From: Hyaloraphidium curvatum SAG 235-1
Taxonomy: Eukaryota; Fungi; Monoblepharomycota
Assembly: GCA_025558095.1 (NCBI GenBank)
Contig: JAIVFI010000024.1
Coordinates: 558,001-622,000, forward strand
Length of the DNA stretch: 64,000 nucleotides
Direction: 5' to 3'
The translations under genes were made by a program, and so were the position numbers. The notes beneath the pieces are model-generated. The model ran no database searches, was not told where the DNA came from, and worked only from the letters and a program-made list of their open reading frames with translations. Below, one piece after another: positions 21,558-31,569 of this stretch (positions are counted from its first letter, which is position 1; every line of letters begins with the position of its first letter).

Positions 21558-22071
21558 AGGCATGCAAGCAGGCGGCGGCCCCTTGGGTAACGAGGGATTG
21601 TGTTATGCATTCACCAAGGCACCGAGCTTTGGTGAGCGGGACCTTGAGAGAGCGAGAGGCTGCACGTATATACCCAGGGCTTCGTCCCCGATAACATTGC
21701 GCTGTACGGCAGGACGAGTAGATTGAGCGTTCCATTTTGATCTAGTTTGATTTCTCTCGAATCTTGGCACCTTGGCTGCGCCCCGAATTGATCGTGCCGC
21801 TGTTCCTTCGCATCCTGCCTCGTAAGGTAGGCCGACGCACTCTAGACCACATCGAGGTCTCGTAGTTCCTTTACCATCATCGAGGGATATGCCGAAGTTG
21901 CATGCCGACCGGTTCCTTCGATTCGGGAGGCGATGAAAGTCGGGCGGCGGCCCAGCCCCCGCGACCGCCAGCCAAGCCAAGCAGAAGGTTCTCCGCGACT
22001 GGCTCTTCGGCCCACCGCCTACGTCGCCGCCGCGCCTTTATTGCGCCACCGCCGCGGCACTTCTGCTCGGA

Positions 22072-23595
22072 ATGTCTGTGGTCCACCGCGGGGCGCGCAA
22101 TGCCGCGCCGGGCGACGGCGCCGAGGAGGAGACAAAGGAGCGGGAGGCCCAGCCGGAGGAGCCTGCAACTCTGGACGGTTACGAGTGGCTCGCACTCTTC
22201 CCGTACATCGACACCTCGGGATCGCCGCCGCCGCTGGACGCGCGCCCGCTGCCGGACCCCGCCGAGGCCTTGCGCCCGTCGAAGCCGCGCGACGTCGCGT
22301 CGATGCTCGCCGCGTGCAAAGACACGGGAAGGCCCGGCATCAGCCTCTTCCTGCGCCTGCTCAAAATGCTTCTGTGGGGGGCCTTTATGTCCAGCCTGTT
22401 CACCTTGGTGCTCCGTTTGCCTTCGATCGTCGCCGCCGTCGTGCTGGCCGCCGGCAGCCCCCGCTTTCCGCCGCGGAACCTCTCGCTGGGCTCCCTGGCC
22501 ATTGCAGTACAGCTAGCTACCTATCCCGCAGCCGCCGCCGTCACCAACCTGCGGCTCGGCCGGAAGATGTTCCTGACGAACCGTGACCGCAAGGCGTTCC
22601 TGGAGTCCTTCATGCCCAGCTGCTCGCCTTCCAACATGGTCACTTGGGCGATCCTGGCACGGGAACGGCCGCGGTCGTCACTTATAGCCCACCGTGCGGG
22701 GCTCGCCAGCTGTACATGCGCAGAGTGCGCGGGCGACGTCAACCGTGCCGACGCCGCCTCCCGGTTCGCCGAGGTTATGACGAACGCTGTTCTGGGCTTC
22801 CTTCTTGTCCCTCTTCTCTTGTGGACACCCGTGGTTTCCATGTCATCCTTTTTCTGGCCCACCCCCTGGGCCCTATCCGCGGCACTGTGCCTGCTCTCTG
22901 TGGTTCCGACCTGGATCGTGGCCGCCGGGCGCTTTTTTCACACCCCGACCATCCCAGCGCTTCGCTACGAAACAAAGCTACGTGTCCGCGCCTCGGTGAT
23001 TCTCCTCGACGATTTTCTGGGCCGGCTGCGCCGCCTCGTGGAGCGGGGCGTCGACGTCGTACACACTCAGAAGGAGCCGTACCGAGACCTCTGCCGCGGC
23101 CTCCTCGATTCGTGGACCTCCTCGGACCGCTTCGCGCCCGCTGCAGCCACCACCACCGTCGTGGTCCAGGGCATCGCCGTGGTCTTGCATTTCGTCCTGA
23201 ACGCCGCCGCGGGCTGCATCACGGCCTGGCAGCTCGCCGACCTCGCCAGCTTCGCCGTCTTCACCGCCTCCCTGCTCGTGCACGTGGCCGCGCAGAACGC
23301 GGGGGTGACGGCTGTCACGGACGTCTGGGTGCAGGCGCGGGACGCGCTCCGTTCCCTGGCTGTCGACTGCGGCCCGCGCGAGCCAAGGACTGCCATCAGG
23401 GACAACGACCGCGTGCTGAGTGGGTTTGTGGAGCGGGCGGAGCGGTTCCGCGCAAAGATTTTTGGCCTCGTTGTGGATTTCGGGATGCTCAGGGGGCTCG
23501 CGGCGACTGCCGTCACGGTCGCGGTGGGCCTGTACGGGATCCTGAGGGGCGCGGGGCTGCGGGTGACGCTGGAGACCTTCTGTCCGTCGGATTAA
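22072..23595 (+). CDS. 7-TM membrane protein, gustatory-receptor/7TMIC-like (paralog 1)
   Basis: intronless 507 aa, about 7 hydrophobic segments, C-terminal AKIFGLVVDFGMLRGLAATAVTVAVGLYGILR; shares motifs with 29947..31407. Confidence 0.7.
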   Translation: MSVVHRGARNAAPGDGAEEETKEREAQPEEPATLDGYEWLALFPYIDTSGSPPPLDARPLPDPAEALRPSKPRDVASMLAACKDTGRPGISLFLRLLKMLLWGAFMSSLFTLVLRLPSIVAAVVLAAGSPRFPPRNLSLGSLAIAVQLATYPAAAAVTNLRLGRKMFLTNRDRKAFLESFMPSCSPSNMVTWAILARERPRSSLIAHRAGLASCTCAECAGDVNRADAASRFAEVMTNAVLGFLLVPLLLWTPVVSMSSFFWPTPWALSAALCLLSVVPTWIVAAGRFFHTPTIPALRYETKLRVRASVILLDDFLGRLRRLVERGVDVVHTQKEPYRDLCRGLLDSWTSSDRFAPAAATTTVVVQGIAVVLHFVLNAAAGCITAWQLADLASFAVFTASLLVHVAAQNAGVTAVTDVWVQARDALRSLAVDCGPREPRTAIRDNDRVLSGFVERAERFRAKIFGLVVDFGMLRGLAATAVTVAVGLYGILRGAGLRVTLETFCPSD

Positions 23596-23939
23596 ATGTT
23601 CCTTCGCGGCGGATCCTGAACGCGCCATTGTAGAACCCGAAACGTGGCCCTCGTGCCCCCTCAGCGCCTACCGTGAATACTCCGGGCTGCGCCCCGTCAC
23701 ATGCACCTCGGACGCGGAACTCGCGAATGCAGAGCCCTTTTTAACGCGTGCATACCTATAGCCTCCGTCGCCATCTGGTTCGTTGGGAGACATCGATCCG
23801 GGGGGAGACATGGCGCGATTCACTGCGGGAGAACACCGGTCCCTGGCCTCGCGGCGCACCACACGCAGCTAGAAAAGTCTTGCGCCGCTGCGATACTTTC
23901 CACCGCTTCCGTCGCGTCCCGCTGCCCCGTCGGCCCGCG

Positions 23940-24734
23940 ATGCCCATCACCATCATCGGCGCGGGCCTCCACCGCACAGGCACCCTCTCCCTCCACGCCG
24001 CGCTCGGCATCCTCGGCCTGCGCTCGCACCACTCCTACACCATGTGCTTCCCTCCCTTGGACGTCCCCGGCCTGGGCCCTGTGGGGCAACGGTTCCCAGA
24101 TGGCCTCCGTTGGTGGATGGACGCGTTTGCGGGCAAGTTTTGCACGAGGGAGGACTACGATGCCTACTTTCGGGACGAGTACGACGCCGCCGTGGACGTG
24201 TCGTATGCCTGGGACTCGATCCACGCCGCGTACCCGGACGCCAGGGTGATCCTCACCGTACGGGACCCGGAATCGTGGTGGGACAGCTACAGGACGATGC
24301 TCGCCCCCCTGAACACTTTGAGGATGACCCGTGCGGCGTCTGAAAAGGTGCCGGGCCGCCCGGTCACGGCGTTCGATTTTGCCGCCACCTATCTGAGCAG
24401 CTTGTTTGCGCTCGACGAGGGGGGGAGGTTCGGCCGCGCGCGCGGGATTCGGCTCTACCACGAATACGCGGCCTCGATCAAGGCCCGGGTGCCCGCGGAC
24501 AGGTTGCTCGAGTTCGACCCCGCGGGTGGCTGGGCCCCGCTGTGCGCGTTCCTCGGCGTGCCCGTGCCCGATGTGCCGTATCCGCGGATCAACGAGCGCG
24601 GGTTCATGGCGGACCTGACTGCGTCTATCCTCGCGCAGTATGAGGGGTGGCTTGGTAAGCCGTTCGCGGAGATCGCGAGGGAGTTTGCGTGGAGGCCGGG
24701 GGTGGACTACGAGGAAGATTGGGAGGAGGAGTAA
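23940..24734 (+). CDS. sulfotransferase-family (Sulfotransfer_4-like) P-loop protein
   Basis: IIGAGLHRTGTLSLHAAL, YPDARVILTVRDPESWWDS and RLLEFDPAGGWAPLCAFLGVPVPDVPYPRIN motifs. Confidence 0.9.
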   Translation: MPITIIGAGLHRTGTLSLHAALGILGLRSHHSYTMCFPPLDVPGLGPVGQRFPDGLRWWMDAFAGKFCTREDYDAYFRDEYDAAVDVSYAWDSIHAAYPDARVILTVRDPESWWDSYRTMLAPLNTLRMTRAASEKVPGRPVTAFDFAATYLSSLFALDEGGRFGRARGIRLYHEYAASIKARVPADRLLEFDPAGGWAPLCAFLGVPVPDVPYPRINERGFMADLTASILAQYEGWLGKPFAEIAREFAWRPGVDYEEDWEEE

Positions 24735-24757
24735 GTGCACGTCCATACATAGATAAG

Positions 24758-27176
24758 TCAAGAGCTTCCCACTGCGCCCGAAAACGACCAGCGGTCCTCC
24801 GGTCGACCCGCATCCTCGTCGTCCCCGACCCGGAGCATCACCATCATCCGCAGCGCCGCCTCCTCGGGAGCCTCCTCGGGGCCCTCGTCGTCCGGCGCCA
24901 CCATCGACCTCGCCGGGTATTCCTCCTTCGAATAGGTTTCGAAGACGCGCACCAGGGGCGCGAACTTGACCTTCCGCCTCGGCCTGGCCGTCCCCTGCGA
25001 CTCCTCGCTGTCCGTCCGCGACACCTTGGTCAGCCCCCGCGACGACACAGACTCTCCCGCGGTCCTCCTGAAGCCGTACTCGGGTATTTCCAGCAGCGGA
25101 TCCGCCGCCTCCCCCCCACCGTGCACCTCGTCCTCCTCCGCACCCTGCCCCTCCTGCCCGCCCTGCCTCCTCACCGCGCAGATCCAGCACGCCCCCTCGG
25201 CCCCCCCGCCCCCGCCGTGCGGACACCGCGCCGCCACCGCCCTTGCCAGCGTGAGTATCTGCACGTCCGCCCTGGCCAGCCGCACCTCGTCCCCCTCCAC
25301 GATCGACCGCAGCACGACCCTGGCCTCCTGGAACGGCGGCAGGTCCGACGCCTGCAGGAGGTCCAGGCACGCGCGCACGTCCGCGGACATGGCGCCGTGC
25401 ACCGCCACCGCGCGCGCCTGGGCGTGCGGCGCGGCGCGGGCGGCGATGTGGCGGAAGCGCTTGAGGACGAGGAGGTGCAGCCAGCTGGCGGAGATGGCGG
25501 CGCGGCAGGCGATCCCGGTGAAGTAGAACAGCCTCAGCCTCTCGGGCCCGAGATCGGAGACGAGGGAGCGGGCCTGCCGCGAGATGACCATGGCGTGCCG
25601 CGAGGCCTCGGCGAAGGAGCGGGAGGAGAACCACACCGTGCGGAGCATGTCGGTTTCGTTCTCGGGCGCCTCGGCGGGGCCGGGGGAGGCGAACTGCGCG
25701 GCGGCGCGGGCGGCGGAGCGGCCCCAGCCGTCGAGGTCCTCGAAGAGCTCCGGGGAGCACAGCGACATGCTCATCTGGCGGGAAAGAATCAGCAGCCTGG
25801 GAAGCGGGGCGACGGCAGACGTCAGTGATGCGTTGGGACCACGATCGGCCAACCCACCCCAGGACGGCCATCCTTTGAGGCACGTCCAAGTTGGGCAGCG
25901 CCCCCGCCAGCTCCGCGATGTGCCCCGTCTCCCCCGCCGTCGCCACGGCCGCCGGCAGCGCCCTCCTCAGGCACTGCACCGCCTCGTACAGGTGGTCCCG
26001 CCTGCGAATGGCCTCTGGCAGGAACGGGTTCCGCGCCAGCCTTTCCAAATACGCCGCGTCGACGTCGTCGCCGCCCGACCCGGGCTGCCGCACCGCGCGC
26101 GCGATGCTGCCTGCCTTTTCCGCCACCTCCTTTGCCAGCAGCACGTCGAGGACGGAGAGCTCCCGCTCGCCGAGCCACCTCCGGAACTCCTCGATCCGTG
26201 TGGCGGCGTACAGCGACATGTGCATGAAGTGGTTGTGCCCCACCGCGGCGACGTCCGAGACGTGCGTGGCGAGGGCGCGGTCCCGCGCGCTCCAGTGCAC
26301 CGGCGGGACCAGCAACGGGTCCAGCCAGCCGAGGTAGTCGCGCGCCGGGAGGCGGCAGTATTCCGGGCGGAGGAGGTCCGCGGGTATCGGCCCGTTGGGC
26401 GGGCGTTCCGTGGGGGCGGGCAGGGTGGCGATGAGCACGGGGGGGATGTTGGCGGGCACGTGGGGGTGGTCCTGGGGCGGGTTCTGCAGCGGGGGCAGGT
26501 TCAGCAGGATCGAGTTGGTGCAGTCCTGGGTGAAGGCGCTCCAGTAGGTGCCGATCCACGTGCCGGTGAACACGAGGTCGTCCAGGCCCCAGTCGGCGGG
26601 GCCCTCGCCCGGCAGCGGCTGGCTCGGGATGCCGCACGCGTCCAGGATGGCGAAGATCTGCTTCAGCATGGCGCGGCCGCCGTGGCCGCGCTCCATGCTG
26701 TGGTCCGCGACCATGACGACGACCACCAGCGCCCACAGCAGCGCCAGGTTCGCCATGGAGTGCAGGCCCTCGCCGGGGCGTGTCCCCGCGGACGGGCTGC
26801 CTCCCCGCGCCGCCTCCTCCGCGTCCGCCCAGAAGCGCTCCAATTCCTCAGTCAGCACCCTGCGCGCCCTCTTCTCCAGCCGCGGCACGGCGTCCTTCAG
26901 CGGCAGCGGACCCGCGCCCGGCGGGTCCGCGCCGCCCGACGCCCCGCGGAGCTTCGCTGCGCCGACCCAGTCCACCGCGGCGCTCAGCACCGGCGCCGCC
27001 AGAAACTGCCGCCACCGCGGGTCCGCCGCCGCGCCCCCGAACCGCAGCGCGTCGTACGCCGCCGCCGTCACGAAGACGGTCCCCACGGGCAGCCCGGAAA
27101 AGAGCGCCGCGCCAAACACCCTCGACGCCTCGTCCGGCGGCTCGTACTCGTCCGCCGGATCGTCGCCGCCCGCCAT
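24758..27176 (-). CDS. fungal transcription-factor middle-homology-like protein with C-terminal PP1-docking motif
   Basis: two exons (intron about 25797-25859); TYWSAFTQDCTNSILLNLPP resembles the Fungal_trans 'FWxxFxxDxxxSxxxGRPP' motif; C-terminal RRKVKFAPLVRVFETYSKEEYPAR. Confidence 0.5.
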
Positions 27177-27798
27177 GCCCCGTGATGAGCACGCGCCGGC
27201 CGGTGGAGTGGGGAAACGGGTTTAGGCGACGAGTCCGACGTTTGTCAGCCGCCTGTCGTCACGCGGACGAGGGCGCATTGGCGCCTCGGATACCGAAACG
27301 CCTCGCATTCCAGTGCAGAGGCCCCCGCCGGAGCACCTTCGTCGATTGCACCTCAGGTGCCCGGCCCCGGCGCCCCGAGATCGATGCACTCCTCGAGCCG
27401 GTCGGCCGCGGGCGGTCTCGGCCCCTTATCCGCATCTCAACGGCCCGAAATCTCTGGATCGTGCGACTCTTCAGGCCCATTAATTCTGCGCAAGAGAAAT
27501 GCACCGGGAACCAGTGTCATGAGTAGCTCCGAGTTCCCGTGGGGAAGATTCGGCGCGTGGGTCCCCCGCGCCAAGGTATCGCCCGCCACGCCAATCCGGA
27601 CCTTGAAGGCGCTGTAGAAGTGACCGGCCATGCTGTCAAATCGTTGCAGCAGCATCGGTCGTTGCAGGAGGCAGTCCGGCCGCCCCTTTCTCGGCCGTGG
27701 AGCGTGCAGGGCGTCGCGCCACGTCACGTCGCCGTCGAATCGAACGATTGGCATTCACCCCATGATGCAGCACGGTGCGTCTCTCACGACTAGCGAGC

Positions 27799-29361
27799 TC
27801 ACGCCGTACCCAGCCGCCCCAGCTCCCCGCGGTTGTAATCGCGCCTCGGCTCCTCCCCGTCCAGGTACCCGTCCCCCGCGGACCCCAGGAACGTCCGCGT
27901 GCGCTGCGGCGGCGCATCCCCGAGGCCGATCACCAGGGGCGCCCTCTTGGCCGGCGCATGCGGGTCCCCGAGGCCGATGACCAGCGGCCCCGTCAGCGCC
28001 GCGGGCACCTCCCAGCCGTCCCCGTCCGACCGCCGTGGCCGGTGTCCCGGCTTGCCCGGCAGCTGCGGCATCTCCCCCGGCCCGTTGCTCCACCCCCTCG
28101 CCATCCTCGCGGCACCGAGCTGCCGCGCCTCCCTGCCCGCCTTGTCCGCCAGCGAGCCGGCCGCGCGGGCCAGCTCCCCCGCCGCGTCCCTCGCGGCGCG
28201 CACCCGCGCGCCGGCGCGGCGCAGGGCGGGGTGCACGGCCGAGTCGAGGTGCGAGACGAGCAGCGCGACGGCGGCGGACAGGGAGGCGGAGATGAGCGCG
28301 TGCAGCGTCGAGGCGAGGTGCGCGGGCGGCGAGTCGTCGTGCATGTCCTCCGGGTCCGGGGGGCGGGGCGAGTCGCACGGGTGCTCGGAGAGGTCCGAGG
28401 CGAGGGAGACGAGGGAGGCGGAGGAGAGGCGGCGCATGTCGGCGGCGGAGGGGCGGCGGGCGGAGCCGTCCGAGGCGCCGCCGGCAACGGTGGGGTCGAG
28501 GGCGTCCAGGAGCTCGCGGCCCGTGGGAGACGAATCGAGGTCGACGCCCAGTGCGGAGAAGGTGCGCTCGGCCAGATCGCGTGCCTCCTCCGCCGAGCGG
28601 TGCTGCAGGGCGGCCACGTTGCCGGCGATCGCCGCCTCGGCGGTGCGCGCGAGGCGCCGGGCCGCGGAGCCGGCATCCTTTGCCGCGCGTGCCGAGTGCG
28701 CGATGGTCTCTGCGCGGGCGTCCAGCCCGGTGCAGATGACGGCGAGCTCGCGGCGGGCGCGAACGCGCTGCCGTGCCAGCAAAATGGTGACCGCGGCATC
28801 GAATGCGCGGCTGGCAGCGGCCAGGTTGGCGTGTGCGGCTGCTGCTTTGGAAGCGAGCCCCTGGAAGCGTTCGGCGAGCGCTGCGGCGATCTCGCGGTCG
28901 TCCCGGCGCGAGGCGTCCTCCGCCGCGTGCGCGTAGACCGCCTGTGCGGCCAGCACCACCGGCAGGCCGAACTCGTTTGCGCGGGCGCGCAGCACCTCGA
29001 TGCGGTCCAGCGTGTGCGCGATGGCCGCCTCGATGTGGTCGACGGCGACGACGGACGCGCGCCGGCGCCGCACCTCCCGCGGCGGTGGCGCGCCCCGCTG
29101 CTCCTCGCCCGGCCCGGCCTGCCCCGCCCCGCCGCCTTCCCCCGCGCCGCCCGCCACGCCGTCGACCTCCGACACCCCCGAATCGCCGCCGTCGCGCCCC
29201 AGCTCGCTGCCGTCCCCGCCGTCGTCGTCGGCATCCCGCGGCACCTCGAACGACCGGCGCCGCGCCTCCTCCGCCGCCCGCCCCGCCTCGGTGACGCCCA
29301 GGGCTGACCGGGCGCGCGGGGGGTGGGCGTCCTCGACGCGAAGGCTCGATAAAATGTCCAT
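27799..29361 (-). CDS. hypothetical helical/coiled-coil Ala-rich protein
   Basis: 520-aa ATG-initiated ORF with amphipathic helical composition; no family recognised. Confidence 0.6.
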   Translation of the reverse strand: MDILSSLRVEDAHPPRARSALGVTEAGRAAEEARRRSFEVPRDADDDGGDGSELGRDGGDSGVSEVDGVAGGAGEGGGAGQAGPGEEQRGAPPPREVRRRRASVVAVDHIEAAIAHTLDRIEVLRARANEFGLPVVLAAQAVYAHAAEDASRRDDREIAAALAERFQGLASKAAAAHANLAAASRAFDAAVTILLARQRVRARRELAVICTGLDARAETIAHSARAAKDAGSAARRLARTAEAAIAGNVAALQHRSAEEARDLAERTFSALGVDLDSSPTGRELLDALDPTVAGGASDGSARRPSAADMRRLSSASLVSLASDLSEHPCDSPRPPDPEDMHDDSPPAHLASTLHALISASLSAAVALLVSHLDSAVHPALRRAGARVRAARDAAGELARAAGSLADKAGREARQLGAARMARGWSNGPGEMPQLPGKPGHRPRRSDGDGWEVPAALTGPLVIGLGDPHAPAKRAPLVIGLGDAPPQRTRTFLGSAGDGYLDGEEPRRDYNRGELGRLGTA

Positions 29362-29946
29362 GTTCTGTGCTCGCTGATGACGATGTTGTCCTGGATGGCT
29401 GGCCGGTCGGCCGGTCCCTTCCCGAAGGACGTCGGACCCTTTTACTCACCGGTCCGACATTGGGATTTGGAGACCGTCCCTACGTTTAGCAACTGTACGG
29501 CCATCGGCTACGCCTGGAGTCGAGTCCGCTTTTGTTGCGTCTGCTGCTTTTCCAGGGGCGCCCGCGCCTCTCTTAAAGGATGCGCGGATGGCTCCAGCAA
29601 GAAGCAGCACATCCCGATCAAAGCCGCCGCATTTTCTCCACCAATCAGCATAGAAGACGTCACCAATGCGGATTCGACGGGCGGAACGCGTTTGCGCCGA
29701 GCGAGGGCGAGGAATCAGACCTACCGACTGGGGCGCGGCCGTAAACAAATCGACGCGTTCCGACGCGTGCAAGATCTCCTTGCGTTCGTTTCGGAGATGA
29801 GCTGCGTTTGACTGTCTTTCTTGAGCATCCGCCAGAGGACCGGACCACAGAGTGTCGCCATTGGCAGAGCCACCCATTCGCATTTGATCCGAGGAAGGTC
29901 GGCGATAGGATCGCCGGCCTCGTCTCGTACGGCCACACAGAAGACG

Positions 29947-31407
29947 ATGGAAGGCCACGGGGCACCTGAAGAGCCCGCGGCCCCGCCCGAAGCGTTCTTC
30001 GTCTCCGCGGCAGAATGGGTCGCGCTGTTCCCGGCGCCGCCCGCGCCCCCGGACGAATCGCGGCTCGAGCCCGGCGCGCCCGACCCCGGCGCGGGCCTGC
30101 GCGCCGCGCCGCTGACCCGCGGCGCGCTTTTCGACGCGCTGCGCGACCTGCCGCTGGCCGCCTTTGTCGCGCGCGCGCAGCTCCTGCTCGGCCCGATCGC
30201 GGTCCACCAGGGCCGCAACCTCACGCTTCCGGCACTGGCGGCGGTTTCCCTCACCGTCCCCATGTGGCTCTTCAACGGCACCGGGACGGAGTTCGGGCGC
30301 GCGCAGCTCGCGGTTGCCACCTTCGCCATCGTCTCCTATTTCGTCTGGTTCCTCGCGACCTCGTGGGCCACCGACCTCGCGGCGCGCAGCCTCGCCGCTT
30401 CGCACCGCTCGTCGTCGCAGTCGTCCGCAGGCGATCTTTCGGCGACACCGTATGCCGGGGTAGCGCGCTGGCGGGCGGTGGCATCCTCGGGCGCGTCGCT
30501 GCTCACGCTGCACCGCAAGGGCGATCCTCTGTGCCCTTGCAGCGATTGCGTCGCCTCGGTGCCGGACAAAGTGGCGGCCGAAGTCGTCGCGTGGACGGCC
30601 TTGGGGACCGTCATCTTGTTTTGTATGCAGATCACCATGGTATGGACGCCGGTGGTCACATTCGGCGCACGGACGTGGTCGACAGCCTGGAGCGCTGTCC
30701 TCGCTGCCGGCTGGTTGGTATGCGCGACAGTCTACAACTCGGTGCAGCACCTTCCCTACGTCGCCCTGTCGCATCCGCCCCTCGAGATCCCGAAACGTCT
30801 GCGCCACCGGGCCGTGCTCCTCGCGCTGCGCGACCTCGTCGCCCGACTCAAGTTCGAAGCCGCCACCGTGAACGGCCCTTCTCTTCTCCCTTCCCCTCTC
30901 TCCTCCGAACCGTACGTCGCACTCCACGCTGCTCTTTCCAGATCCTGGGACAACCAGATCGCCGGGGCCTTCCTCGCCCACGGCCTCCTCCTTGCCTGGG
31001 GCCTGTGGACCGTTGTCCTGGGGGTCGTTTTCGCCTCCACGGGCGCCTGCATCCCCATCTGGATCCCCCTCTACGTGCTCGCGGTCGTCCTCATCCTCCT
31101 GCGCAACCTCCTTCTCATGGCCACGCTCAATTCTGGCGTCGCCTCGGTGCGCGCACTCTACGCCGACGCCGCCAAGGCCCTCCTGGAGCTCGCGACGCCA
31201 GCCTCGCGCGCGCACGCGGGGCTGCTCAAAGCGTACGCCGCGGACGACCCGAGGGGGAGGTGGCTGGGGTTCACGGTGGACTATGGGTTCGCGAGGACCG
31301 CGGCGGTGTCGATGTTCACGATCGCGCTGGGGGTGTGGACGATCCTGAGGGGGTTGGGCGTGGCGTTCGTGGTGGAGAGCGTGTGCGGGGGCGTGCCCGT
31401 CGCTTGA
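29947..31407 (+). CDS. 7-TM membrane protein, gustatory-receptor/7TMIC-like (paralog 2)
   Basis: intronless, 7 hydrophobic segments, C-terminal GRWLGFTVDYGFARTAAVSMFTIALGVWTILRG; shared EWxALFP, HRxGxxxCxCxxC, WTPVV and EPY motifs. Confidence 0.7.
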   Translation: MEGHGAPEEPAAPPEAFFVSAAEWVALFPAPPAPPDESRLEPGAPDPGAGLRAAPLTRGALFDALRDLPLAAFVARAQLLLGPIAVHQGRNLTLPALAAVSLTVPMWLFNGTGTEFGRAQLAVATFAIVSYFVWFLATSWATDLAARSLAASHRSSSQSSAGDLSATPYAGVARWRAVASSGASLLTLHRKGDPLCPCSDCVASVPDKVAAEVVAWTALGTVILFCMQITMVWTPVVTFGARTWSTAWSAVLAAGWLVCATVYNSVQHLPYVALSHPPLEIPKRLRHRAVLLALRDLVARLKFEAATVNGPSLLPSPLSSEPYVALHAALSRSWDNQIAGAFLAHGLLLAWGLWTVVLGVVFASTGACIPIWIPLYVLAVVLILLRNLLLMATLNSGVASVRALYADAAKALLELATPASRAHAGLLKAYAADDPRGRWLGFTVDYGFARTAAVSMFTIALGVWTILRGLGVAFVVESVCGGVPVA

Positions 31408-31569
31408 TCGTGGAATCCCGTCAAACAACGTTAGTTTAAGCTGTTGTCTATCTTGCGCCGATTGCCCATGATCTCCTCAGTGGATCTTATGGGGGCGCGC
31501 TTGATCATGTGCAGCCGTCAGCGGCCTTTGTCCACGCACCCCCGCCCTCTCCCTGCGCCGCCCGCCGCG

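Noticed and set aside
23820-27176. 1118-aa ORF as one protein
   Set aside because: It reads through an intron near 25800-25860; the 3' half is out of frame with the real exon and antisense to the sulfotransferase
27755-31439. Many long overlapping or antisense ORFs (Arg/Pro/Ala-rich), also elsewhere in the window
   Set aside because: Expected shadow ORFs of high-GC coding DNA; no recognisable motifs
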